Shown here: piece by piece, positions 35,726-42,413 of the stretch | Layout: every line of letters begins with the position of its first letter | How positions within the stretch are numbered: the stretch's first letter is position 1 | Assembly: GCA_030688735.1 (NCBI GenBank) | Contig: JAUYJC010000630.1 | Coordinates: 2,262 to 66,261 of the forward strand | DNA from: Deltaproteobacteria bacterium | GTDB lineage: Bacteria > Desulfobacterota > Binatia > UBA9968 | Reading direction: 5' to 3' | DNA length: 64,000 nucleotides | The notes under the pieces: model-generated | What the model was told of the DNA's origin: nothing | Database searches by the model: none | Seen by the model: the letters and a program-made list of their open reading frames with translations, nothing else | Translations under genes and position numbers: made by a program

Positions 35726-36075
35726 GTTATTCCCAGGGACGTGAAGAAGAGATCCTCATCACTCAGGTGCAGCGTCTCGGCATCAAGAAAGGCAACTTTC
35801 TCGACATAGGCGCCTACACAGGCATCAAGTTCTCCAACAGCCGGCACTTGCTTGAGAATGGTTGGAGTGGCACCTTGATCGAGCCCTCGCCCTCGGTGTT
35901 TCCAAAGCTCAAAGAGCTGTACAAGGATCGAAAAGACGTTCTGACAATCAACGCCGCGCTCGTCGTGAGCCTGCCACCCATCAACTCCAACCATCCGCCC
36001 GGACATATCAAATTTTGGGACGCGAGCGGCAACGCTTCAGGCTCAAGTACGTGTGGCATGATGGCAACAACATGA
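35722..36075 (+). CDS. FkbM-like SAM methyltransferase, short or truncated
   Basis: SQGREEEIL...GNFLDIGAYTG...SNSRHLLENGWSGTLIEPSP matches only the N-terminal half of this family. 117 aa, GTGA-overlapped start. Confidence 0.5.
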   Translation: MSYSQGREEEILITQVQRLGIKKGNFLDIGAYTGIKFSNSRHLLENGWSGTLIEPSPSVFPKLKELYKDRKDVLTINAALVVSLPPINSNHPPGHIKFWDASGNASGSSTCGMMATT

Positions 36076-36085
36076 TCTGGGCAAA

Positions 36086-36808
36086 ATGAATAGACCACTT
36101 GTCAGAATGCTATGGTGCCTGTCACCGAACTTCGGCGACGAGCTTGCACCGTATCTCGCGAGGCGAGCCGGCAAAGAGCCCGCCTATACCCTATCTCCGG
36201 GACGCTACGTGCTCTCGGGTTCGATGCTCAATAACTGCACCAAGAACGACACAGCATGGGGGTGTGGAATCGCTCATGAGCAACACCGGGTACCGGCAGG
36301 TATCACAATTCTGAGCGTTCGAGGGCCGAAGTCACTATATCGAGCCCGTGAGCACAACAATAATGTGCCTGAAGTCATCGCGGATTCTGGGTTCATTCTA
36401 CCACGCATCTATACAAACTCTCTTCAGGGCGAAAACCTGGAAGGTGAAGTCATCGTCCCTCATTACGTTGACTTTGAGAAGCTCACAGCCGCAAACCCAA
36501 ATAAACACGTCGTCAACATTCTTGATCCCGTTGAGAAGGTACTCGATCAAATTCTAGCGGCTGAGATCATCAGGTCGAGTTCACTTCACGGGCTCGTCGT
36601 TGCCGCGGCCTATGGTCGTAAGTTTCAGTGGATTCCGAGCGCGTTGGTCAATGGTGTTGAGTACAAATATGACGACTTCTACCAATCAATGGGGCTCAAG
36701 CTCTCTGAAGACGTTGTGTCATGTCCAGAGTCTAAACAGCTTGACCTGATTCAAATCGCATCACAAACGTTCCCATTTCCTGAAATCTTCAAGTCAAAGG
36801 CAGTATGA
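36086..36808 (+). CDS. polysaccharide pyruvyl transferase-like protein
   Basis: SPNFGDELAPYL near the N-terminus and RSSSLHGLVVAAAYG near the C-terminus, as in the PS_pyruv_trans family. Confidence 0.5.
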   Translation: MNRPLVRMLWCLSPNFGDELAPYLARRAGKEPAYTLSPGRYVLSGSMLNNCTKNDTAWGCGIAHEQHRVPAGITILSVRGPKSLYRAREHNNNVPEVIADSGFILPRIYTNSLQGENLEGEVIVPHYVDFEKLTAANPNKHVVNILDPVEKVLDQILAAEIIRSSSLHGLVVAAAYGRKFQWIPSALVNGVEYKYDDFYQSMGLKLSEDVVSCPESKQLDLIQIASQTFPFPEIFKSKAV

Positions 36809-37644
36809 GCAACATCGTCGCCATGATCATGGCTCGCAATGAAGAATGGATTCTCGAAGCGAGCATCAAAGCCGCTCGCAAGCTCTGTGACAAGATTGTC
36901 GTCTTCGATCACGCGAGCACCGACCGAACCCGAGAAATTGCTCTGAGCTGCGCCGATGGCGTTGACGGTACGACGGACCCTGTTTGGCGAGAGATGGACT
37001 ACCGGCAACAGATGTTTGAACTCACGGCTGGGCTCAAACCTACTCATCTTGCTTTCATCGACGCTGACGAGATTGTCACCAACAACTGTGTCGCTTCCTA
37101 TCGCAAAGCCATTGAGAACCTCACCCCTGGGCAGGTCGCCATTGCGCCCATGGTACCAGTATGGCGAACCCTCGACCAGTACCGCAAAGATGCCTCGGTC
37201 TGGTCAACAGCTGGCATCTCCCTCGCGGTCGGTTACAAGGCGGATCTGAACTGGAAGCCACGAGCGCATGACGGCTATCAGCATCACGCCAGAGAGCCCA
37301 AAGGCATGACCGAACGTGTGCCCATCGGGCAGCGGTACCAGGGTGGCGTGATGCACTTGCAGTTCGCCTGTCACCGTCGCCTGAAGGCCAAACATACTTT
37401 CTACAAGATGATGGAGCGCATTACTACACACAAGCCTAGCGACATCATCGAACGCCAATACAACCAAGCGATGGACGAGACAGGTATCAACTACGAGCCC
37501 TTACCAAAGTCCTGGTGGGACCCCGAGGTCAAAGCACTTATCGATCTGGATCACGTCCCGTGGCATGAGAAACAGTGCCAAGAATATTTAGATAAGTACG
37601 GGCGAAAATACTTCGGTGGCCTAAACCTTTTTGGTGTTGTATGA
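36805..37644 (+). CDS. family 2 glycosyltransferase
   Basis: IVAMIMARNEE...IVVFDHASTDRT...FIDADE (DxD). Confidence 0.7.
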   Translation: MSNIVAMIMARNEEWILEASIKAARKLCDKIVVFDHASTDRTREIALSCADGVDGTTDPVWREMDYRQQMFELTAGLKPTHLAFIDADEIVTNNCVASYRKAIENLTPGQVAIAPMVPVWRTLDQYRKDASVWSTAGISLAVGYKADLNWKPRAHDGYQHHAREPKGMTERVPIGQRYQGGVMHLQFACHRRLKAKHTFYKMMERITTHKPSDIIERQYNQAMDETGINYEPLPKSWWDPEVKALIDLDHVPWHEKQCQEYLDKYGRKYFGGLNLFGVV

Positions 37645-38099
37645 ATAAGCGCAGACCGTGGCATCTTAGATTCTGGGAAAAAGTTGATCAGAGTGGTGAC
37701 TGCTGGATATGGACAGCCAGCACCAAAAATGGGTACGGGCAGTTTCAACTAAACAGGGATATTTTGTATGCTCATCGTCTTTCGTGGGAGCTTGTAAATG
37801 GCACCGTCCCATTAGGTAAATTCATCTGTCACACCTGCGATGAAAGAAGGTGTGTGAACCCGAGTCATCTATGGGCCGGCACGCACTTGGACAATCAACG
37901 TGACTGCTGGCGTAAAGAACGTTCGCACTTCCAAAAAGCAGGTAACCCGAATCAGAAATTATCTGATCAACAAGTGCGTGAGATTCACCAACTACTCAAC
38001 ACAGTAAAGATTACCCGCGAAATCGCATTTCAATATGGTGTGACAACATCACAAATCAGGCACATCGCCACGGGTTTCTCGCGTTCGGGGGTCGTGTGA
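37641..38099 (+). CDS. HNH homing endonuclease (paralogue of 28053)
   Basis: FWEKVDQSGDCWIW...NGYG...AHR...CHTCDERRCVNPSHLWAGTHLDN. Confidence 0.9.
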   Translation: MNKRRPWHLRFWEKVDQSGDCWIWTASTKNGYGQFQLNRDILYAHRLSWELVNGTVPLGKFICHTCDERRCVNPSHLWAGTHLDNQRDCWRKERSHFQKAGNPNQKLSDQQVREIHQLLNTVKITREIAFQYGVTTSQIRHIATGFSRSGVV

Positions 38100-38395
38100 A
38101 GAAGATACGTGAGGTCTCCGATTACTTTGTTGGACACAAAGCTGTCATAGAAGAGGTCTGTGACGAGTGCGCCGGCACCGGGCACGTACACACCGGCTCC
38201 TTGGGCGGCGGCACGGAAGGAATAACCTGTTGCTGGGAATGCAACGGCTCCGGGCAGCTCGCTGAGCCTCGGCCTTACCACGCCATCCCCCACGGGGATC
38301 ACTGCCCGTCATCATGCGAGCACATTGATCCGCCAATTACCATGTACCAGTTTGCTAACCTCATCACTCGCGACGTGCCGCCGCGGCATGAGTGA
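38096..38395 (+). CDS. DnaJ-type CxxCxGxG zinc-finger protein
   Basis: CDECAGTG and CWECNGSG repeats. 99 aa, GTGA-overlapped start. Confidence 0.6.
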   Translation: MKKIREVSDYFVGHKAVIEEVCDECAGTGHVHTGSLGGGTEGITCCWECNGSGQLAEPRPYHAIPHGDHCPSSCEHIDPPITMYQFANLITRDVPPRHE

Positions 38396-38427
38396 CTCTG
38401 GTTGTGGATCAAAAAGAGGTTCAAGAA

Positions 38428-39096
38428 ATGACCCAACTCATTCTCGTCGTCGGCAACGGTCGTAGTGGCACCAACTTGCTCGGCAAGCTCATTGCCTCAC
38501 ACCCGGGTGTAGAAGGCTACATAGAGGAAGAGCCTATCTTTGGTCTTGTTACCAAAGCAGCCCTCTACAACGACGGGGACGCGCTCTACGCGGCGCGAGA
38601 GTGGTATGAGAGCAAACTCAAAGCCTGCACCAAGCCCTATTTGCTCGATAAGTCACACATGAATCTGTGGCTGGTCGAGAGGTGGCTGCGTGTGTTCCCG
38701 AACGTGAAAATCATTGGCATCCGTCGTGATGCGTACAACACGATCCTGAGTGCCCGTGAGCACATGGGAGTGCAGAGCCACTACCTGCGACTTGATCTCG
38801 TTGGCAAAGACTGTCGCGCCCTCGGGCTCAAAGCTAAAGACTGGTCACGATCACTCACAGCCAAACTCTTGCTGCGCTGGCAAGCACACGAGGATGAGTT
38901 TCGCCGGCTGTCGTGGATACCCACGATTGAGTACCGAAACCTTGTTCGTGATCCTGGTAACGCATTGGAGAAACTCGGGCTTGGCAATCTCCCAAAGGGT
39001 ATTGACTGCTCTATCATCAAACCCCCGACCAAGCGGCCGTTTGATAAAGCACTCATCGACGAGATCATCTTTTACGCTTCTCAGCATGAAGACTGA
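38428..39096 (+). CDS. sulfotransferase
   Basis: VVGNGRSGTNLLGKL (5'-PSB loop) and IGIRRDAYNTILS (3'-PB motif). ATG 38428 with AGAGG upstream, inside listed ORF 38392..39096. Confidence 0.7.
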   Translation: MTQLILVVGNGRSGTNLLGKLIASHPGVEGYIEEEPIFGLVTKAALYNDGDALYAAREWYESKLKACTKPYLLDKSHMNLWLVERWLRVFPNVKIIGIRRDAYNTILSAREHMGVQSHYLRLDLVGKDCRALGLKAKDWSRSLTAKLLLRWQAHEDEFRRLSWIPTIEYRNLVRDPGNALEKLGLGNLPKGIDCSIIKPPTKRPFDKALIDEIIFYASQHED

Positions 39097-39173
39097 AATA
39101 CTCAGTCGTAAAATCTATATTTGAGCACGCATCCCTAATTACTCAATAATATCAATAGTTTAAGTATATTGAT

Positions 39174-39202
39174 TTGACTTTGTTGGTCGAGTGTAGTTAG
39201 GT
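39174..39202 (+). promoter_or_regulatory. candidate sigma70-like promoter in an AT-rich gap
   Basis: TTGACT, 17 nt, TTAGGT. This would place the transcript start at about the ATG at 39209 (a leaderless message). Weak -10. Confidence 0.3.
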
Positions 39203-39208
39203 GGCTGC

Positions 39209-39547
39209 ATGGGTGGCCCAAAACAGAGGAAAAAAGCGCCAAAACAGCTTGAAATCTCCGAAAGAGGGGTCAAGCGCCGCCGCGAGCTGGGGATCGACGC
39301 TCTCCTATCCGCGGCGGCCCGGAGCGACCTAGCACGAAAAAAGGCCGAATTGGGTACCCAAACAGAACCCGCAAAATCCACCTCTCAGCGTCACAGTCAA
39401 GAGGATGCGCGGGCTCCGCTGTGCGCGTGCGGACACTCGATGAAGTATTGGGGTCAGAGCGTACTCAGTCCGCTGTGGCAACTCTACGCCTATCGCTGCT
39501 TGTGTGGCAGCGTTGCGAATCTCAAAAGGGAGCGAGTAGCGGAATGA
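39209..39547 (+). CDS. basic protein with C-terminal zinc-ribbon-like motif
   Basis: 112 aa; KQRKKAPK...KRRRE N-terminus; CACGH...CLCGS. Confidence 0.6.
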   Translation: MGGPKQRKKAPKQLEISERGVKRRRELGIDALLSAAARSDLARKKAELGTQTEPAKSTSQRHSQEDARAPLCACGHSMKYWGQSVLSPLWQLYAYRCLCGSVANLKRERVAE

Positions 39548-39618
39548 GCGAACGGCTTTGCCTCGCGATCGGCGAGCCGGTGTGGTGTCACGATCGCAAA
39601 AACCGAAGGAAGAAAAAC

Positions 39619-39903
39619 ATGAGCAACACAAAGAAGAAAGCCACGGGCAGCACAAGCAAGAAGAAAGTCCAGCGTGGCGCCGCAAATCTCATCGGAAAAC
39701 AGGTCATGGTGTGGTGTGGGATCTACATCTATACCGGGGTCTTGGTCAGTGTGACCCCCGACGAACTCGTGCTCGACAATGCGTCGGTGGTCTACGAGAC
39801 GGGGCCACTGTGTGGCCCACCACAGACGGCCCAGAAGTTGCCAGCGCAGCTGTCGATCCGGCTCTCTGCGATCGAGTGCTATTACAAAGCACCACTATCG
39901 TGA
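39619..39903 (+). CDS. hypothetical protein (alternative start 39544)
   Basis: 94 aa from ATG 39619 (AGGAAG upstream); Lys-rich N-terminus. Its TGA overlaps the GTG of the first repeat gene. Confidence 0.55.
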   Translation: MSNTKKKATGSTSKKKVQRGAANLIGKQVMVWCGIYIYTGVLVSVTPDELVLDNASVVYETGPLCGPPQTAQKLPAQLSIRLSAIECYYKAPLS

Positions 39904-40172
39904 ACATCCCAAACAAACGCGCTAGGTGGCGGTCCGGGTCCGGATCTAAGTCCTGGTCCTGGTCCCGAACCCAGACCCGGTCCGGGTCCCGGTCCGGGTC
40001 CTGGTCCAGGTCCTGGTCCGGGTCCGGATCTAAGTCCTGGTCCTGGTCCCGAACCCAGACCCGGTCCGGGTCCTGGTCCGGGTCCTGGTCCAGGTCCTGG
40101 TCCTGGTCCGGGTCCGGGTCCTGGTCCCGGTCCTGGTCCCGGTCCAGGTCCTGGTCCGGGTCTCAGTCCTAG
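39900..40172 (+). CDS. repeat protein 1: VNIPNKRARWR-(S-G/W/R)n, coding frame uncertain
   Basis: GTGA overlap with the upstream stop. Low-complexity Ser/Gly/Trp/Arg product. Confidence 0.35.
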   Translation: MNIPNKRARWRSGSGSKSWSWSRTQTRSGSRSGSWSRSWSGSGSKSWSWSRTQTRSGSWSGSWSRSWSWSGSGSWSRSWSRSRSWSGSQS

Positions 40173-40198
40173 TTCCAGTCCAAATCCAAGGTGTCGCC

Positions 40199-40411
40199 AT
40201 GAGTACCCCGAACAAACGCATTAGGTGGCGGTCCCGGTCCGGGTCTCAGTCCGGGTCCCGGTCCGGGTCCCGGTCCTGGTCCCGGTCCGGGGCCGGGGGC
40301 GGGGCCGGGTTCTGGTCCGGGTCCTGGTCCGGGTCCTGGTTCTGGTCCGGGTTCTGGTCCGGGTTCGGGTCTCAGTCCGGGCCCCGGTCTTTGAGGGTGT
40401 TGCTGCCATGA
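40199..40411 (+). CDS. repeat protein 2: MSTPNKRIRWR-(S-G/W/R)n, coding frame uncertain
   Basis: ATG start; the stop overlaps the next ATG (ATGA). Confidence 0.35.
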   Translation: MSTPNKRIRWRSRSGSQSGSRSGSRSWSRSGAGGGAGFWSGSWSGSWFWSGFWSGFGSQSGPRSLRVLLP

Positions 40412-40617
40412 GCACTCCCAACAAACGCGCTAAGTGGCGAACCCGGTCCGGGTCCGGGTCCTGGTCCTGGTCCCGGTCCGGGTCTCAGTCCGGGTCCCAG
40501 TCTCGGTCCTGGTCTCGGTCCTGGTCCCAGTCCTGGTCCGGGTCCGGGTTCTGGTCCCGGTCCCGGTCCCGGTCCGGGTACGGGTCCTGGTCTGAATCCA
40601 AGGTGTCGCTGCCGTGA
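40408..40617 (+). CDS. repeat protein 3: MSTPNKRAKWR-(S-G/W/R)n, coding frame uncertain
   Basis: ATGA-coupled start; the stop overlaps the next GTG. Confidence 0.35.
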   Translation: MSTPNKRAKWRTRSGSGSWSWSRSGSQSGSQSRSWSRSWSQSWSGSGFWSRSRSRSGYGSWSESKVSLP

Positions 40618-40820
40618 GTACCCCGAACAAACGCGCTAAGTGGCGGACCCGGTCCGGGTCCGGGTCCTGGTCCTGGTCCTGGTCCGGGTCTCAGTCCGGG
40701 TCCCGGTCCGGGTCCGGGTCCTGGTCCAGGTCCTGGTCCTGGTCCGGGTCCGGGTCCTGGTCCCGGTCCTGGTCCCGATCCTCCGGGTTTTCAGAGGTGT
40801 CGTGGTCATCACAGCACTAG
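40614..40820 (+). CDS. repeat protein 4: MSTPNKRAKWR-(S-G/W/R)n, coding frame uncertain
   Basis: GTGA-coupled start. Ends 22 nt before the TnpB-like gene. Confidence 0.35.
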   Translation: MSTPNKRAKWRTRSGSGSWSWSWSGSQSGSRSGSGSWSRSWSWSGSGSWSRSWSRSSGFSEVSWSSQH

Positions 40821-40842
40821 AAAGATTAGAAAGGAAAGACAA

Positions 40843-41665
40843 ATGAGCAAAATTCTAGTTTACAAATTCGGAGCCCGCTATCCATCCGCAGAGTCTCGCG
40901 CGCTGTTGCTCGCACAAATGCGGATGGGGCATGAGTATTACAACCACCTCGTCGAAATGGAAAACGCTCGACGTAAGGCGGCGCAACGCTCGTGCAGATC
41001 GTATTCGTAGCACCCGCGACGTGATGCGCAACGAGCTGCTTGAGTGGCTCGGCGCCGATGAGAGTGAGTCTTCAAATCTCGTGCGTGATCGGGCGGGACG
41101 ACTCGCCATTTTCCGCGGTTTGCTGCGCGTGGTAGGAATCGATACCGACCAGGCGACAATTGATCGGCTGCAAGAGCACGTCCACCGAGATCGGCATCTG
41201 GCTCAGTACGAGAGCGGCAACCGCCGGCGCGCCGAGTTGCACAGGCGCAATGAGTTCCGCAAATTTGTTCGCGTGCTACGCCGGCGCTATCTCTGCGTCA
41301 TGATCAAGACGGACGCGATCAAGGAGATGAAGGAAAAAGGTGATCTCCCACAACCCGCGCGGAAACAGGGACAGATTGCGGCTCCGGGCGAGATGTTGGC
41401 AGAGCTACGCTCTGTCTTCCTCGACGGCGGCGCAATCATCGTCGTCGAGGGTGAGTACACGTCACGGGATTGCGTGAAGTTGGAGTGCGGGCATCGCAAC
41501 GAGGGCTACGCGGGTCCTGTGCTGATTTGCGAGCAGTGTGGTGACACGAGGGATCGGGATGAGGTATCTGTGGAGAATATGATGCGGCTGCTGGCGAGGG
41601 GGGGAGTACAAAATCAAGACCGCTCGCAAACGGGTGGCCAGGTTCGCGAAACGACACAAGAGTAG
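40843..41665 (+). CDS. hypercompact TnpB/Cas12-like (RuvC + zinc-ribbon) protein split over two frames (40843..41010 and 40931..41665)
   Basis: N-terminus MSKILVYKFGARYPSAESRALLLAQMRMGHEYYNHLVE. VVGIDTD (RuvC-I-like). C-terminus IIVVEGEYTSRDCVKLECGH...CEQCGDTRDRDEVSVENM (TNB finger + RuvC-III). A frame change is needed near 40975-41010. The CRISPR array follows immediately. Confidence 0.65.
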
Positions 41666-41673
41666 CGAGAGCA

Positions 41674-42064
41674 GTGACAATGCCAGCTCGATGGCTTAGA
41701 GATCGAGACATGCCGTCGAGCTTCGCGCCATCCACGCTGAGGTCGTGACAATGCCAGCTCGATGGCTTAGAGATCGAGACAGCTGCAAGGTGTCGACCGC
41801 TTTCCCGCACCCCCTGTGACAATGCCAGCTCGATGGTTTAGAGATCGAGACCACTGGAACAATCGCCGCCTGAGCGCGAGGGAGCTTGTGACAATACCAG
41901 CTTGATGGTTTAGAGATCGAGACTCGTCGGTACCGTTCACCGCCTCTACCACGACAGGTGACAATGCCAGCTCGATGGCTTCGTGATCGAGACCGAGAAG
42001 TCTAGGGATCTCGGGGTGAAGCAAGGGGTAGTAATGCCAGCTCGATGGCTTCGTGCACTTCCGT
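41674..42064 (+). CRISPR. CRISPR array: five 36-bp repeats plus a degenerate sixth (a seventh remnant at 42071-42106)
   Basis: GTGACAATGCCAGCTCGATGGCTTAGAGATCGAGAC at 41674, 41745, 41816, 41888, 41958. Unique spacers of 35, 35, 36, 34 and 35 bp. Repeats decay away from the TnpB-like gene. Confidence 0.85.
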
Positions 42065-42086
42065 CAAAAGTAGTAATGTCAGCTTG

Positions 42087-42413
42087 ATGCTGGATTTAGT
42101 CGTGAACAAGACACCACCACTGTTCTGTCCTAAGTGCAAAACTAAAACCCGGCTCATCTCGACCGGCATCTGCTATCGCTGCAACTGGTGGGCGAAGGTC
42201 ATGGGCAAAAAGCCGCCAAAGCGAACCCGCCCGGCGCCCTTGCCACTGAAGCCGCGCAAGCGTAAGAACCCCCCGGGCAAGCCGGGTCGACCGCGCGGCA
42301 AGGTCCGCATCCCGGGGTTGATTCAGTGCGCGGGATGGGCGTGGTCGATAGGCCGGCGATGCTCACGGATGGCAGAGCTTGGTGGTGATTACTGTTGGGA
42401 GCACAAGAGATGA
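42087..42413 (+). CDS. zinc-ribbon protein with Pro/Lys/Arg-rich linker
   Basis: CPKCK...CYRC, then KKPPKRTRPAPLPLKPRKRKNPPGKPGRPRGK. Start uncertain (42045, 42087 or GTG 42102); all three lie inside degenerate repeats. Confidence 0.55.
   Translation: MLDLVVNKTPPLFCPKCKTKTRLISTGICYRCNWWAKVMGKKPPKRTRPAPLPLKPRKRKNPPGKPGRPRGKVRIPGLIQCAGWAWSIGRRCSRMAELGGDYCWEHKR

Larger units (their letters stand above)
39900..40820 (+). repeat. four tandem units, each a conserved 33-bp head plus a (GGTCCN)n hexanucleotide tract
   Basis: Heads (A/G)TGAGTACCCCGAACAAACGCGCTAAGTGGCGG at 39900, 40199, 40408, 40614. The tracts are almost pure GGTCCN. There is an 84-bp internal duplication (39937 vs 40021). Confidence 0.95.

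Noticed and set aside
39931-40790. A collagen-like or tail-fibre Gly-X-Y repeat interpretation of the Gly-Pro frame.
   Set aside because: The periodicity is a dipeptide or hexanucleotide (G-P-G-P), not a G-X-Y triplet. The frame also has no start codon.
40030-40842. Four minus-strand ORFs (Thr-Arg/Thr-Gly repeat products) and plus-strand Val-Arg-frame ORFs (40225..40617 first part, 40640..40846) across the hexamer tracts.
   Set aside because: Any frame is open in a GGTCCN tract, so these are expected by chance. All flanking genes are on the plus strand, and these frames lack the ATGA/GTGA coupling. They are kept only as a caveat in the repeat finding.
41436-42024. ORFs 41436..41822(-), 41462..41680(-) and 41767..42024(-) running through the CRISPR array.
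   Set aside because: They are composed largely of translated repeat copies (recurring SLNHRAGIVT peptide). This is an artefact of the direct repeats.
40843-42106. The TnpB-like gene as part of an IS200/IS605 or IS607 insertion sequence.
   Set aside because: No tnpA (Y1 or serine recombinase) is adjacent and I saw no obvious terminal hairpin ends. The 3' flank is a repeat-spacer array rather than a single omega-RNA scaffold. This cannot be fully excluded without a search.
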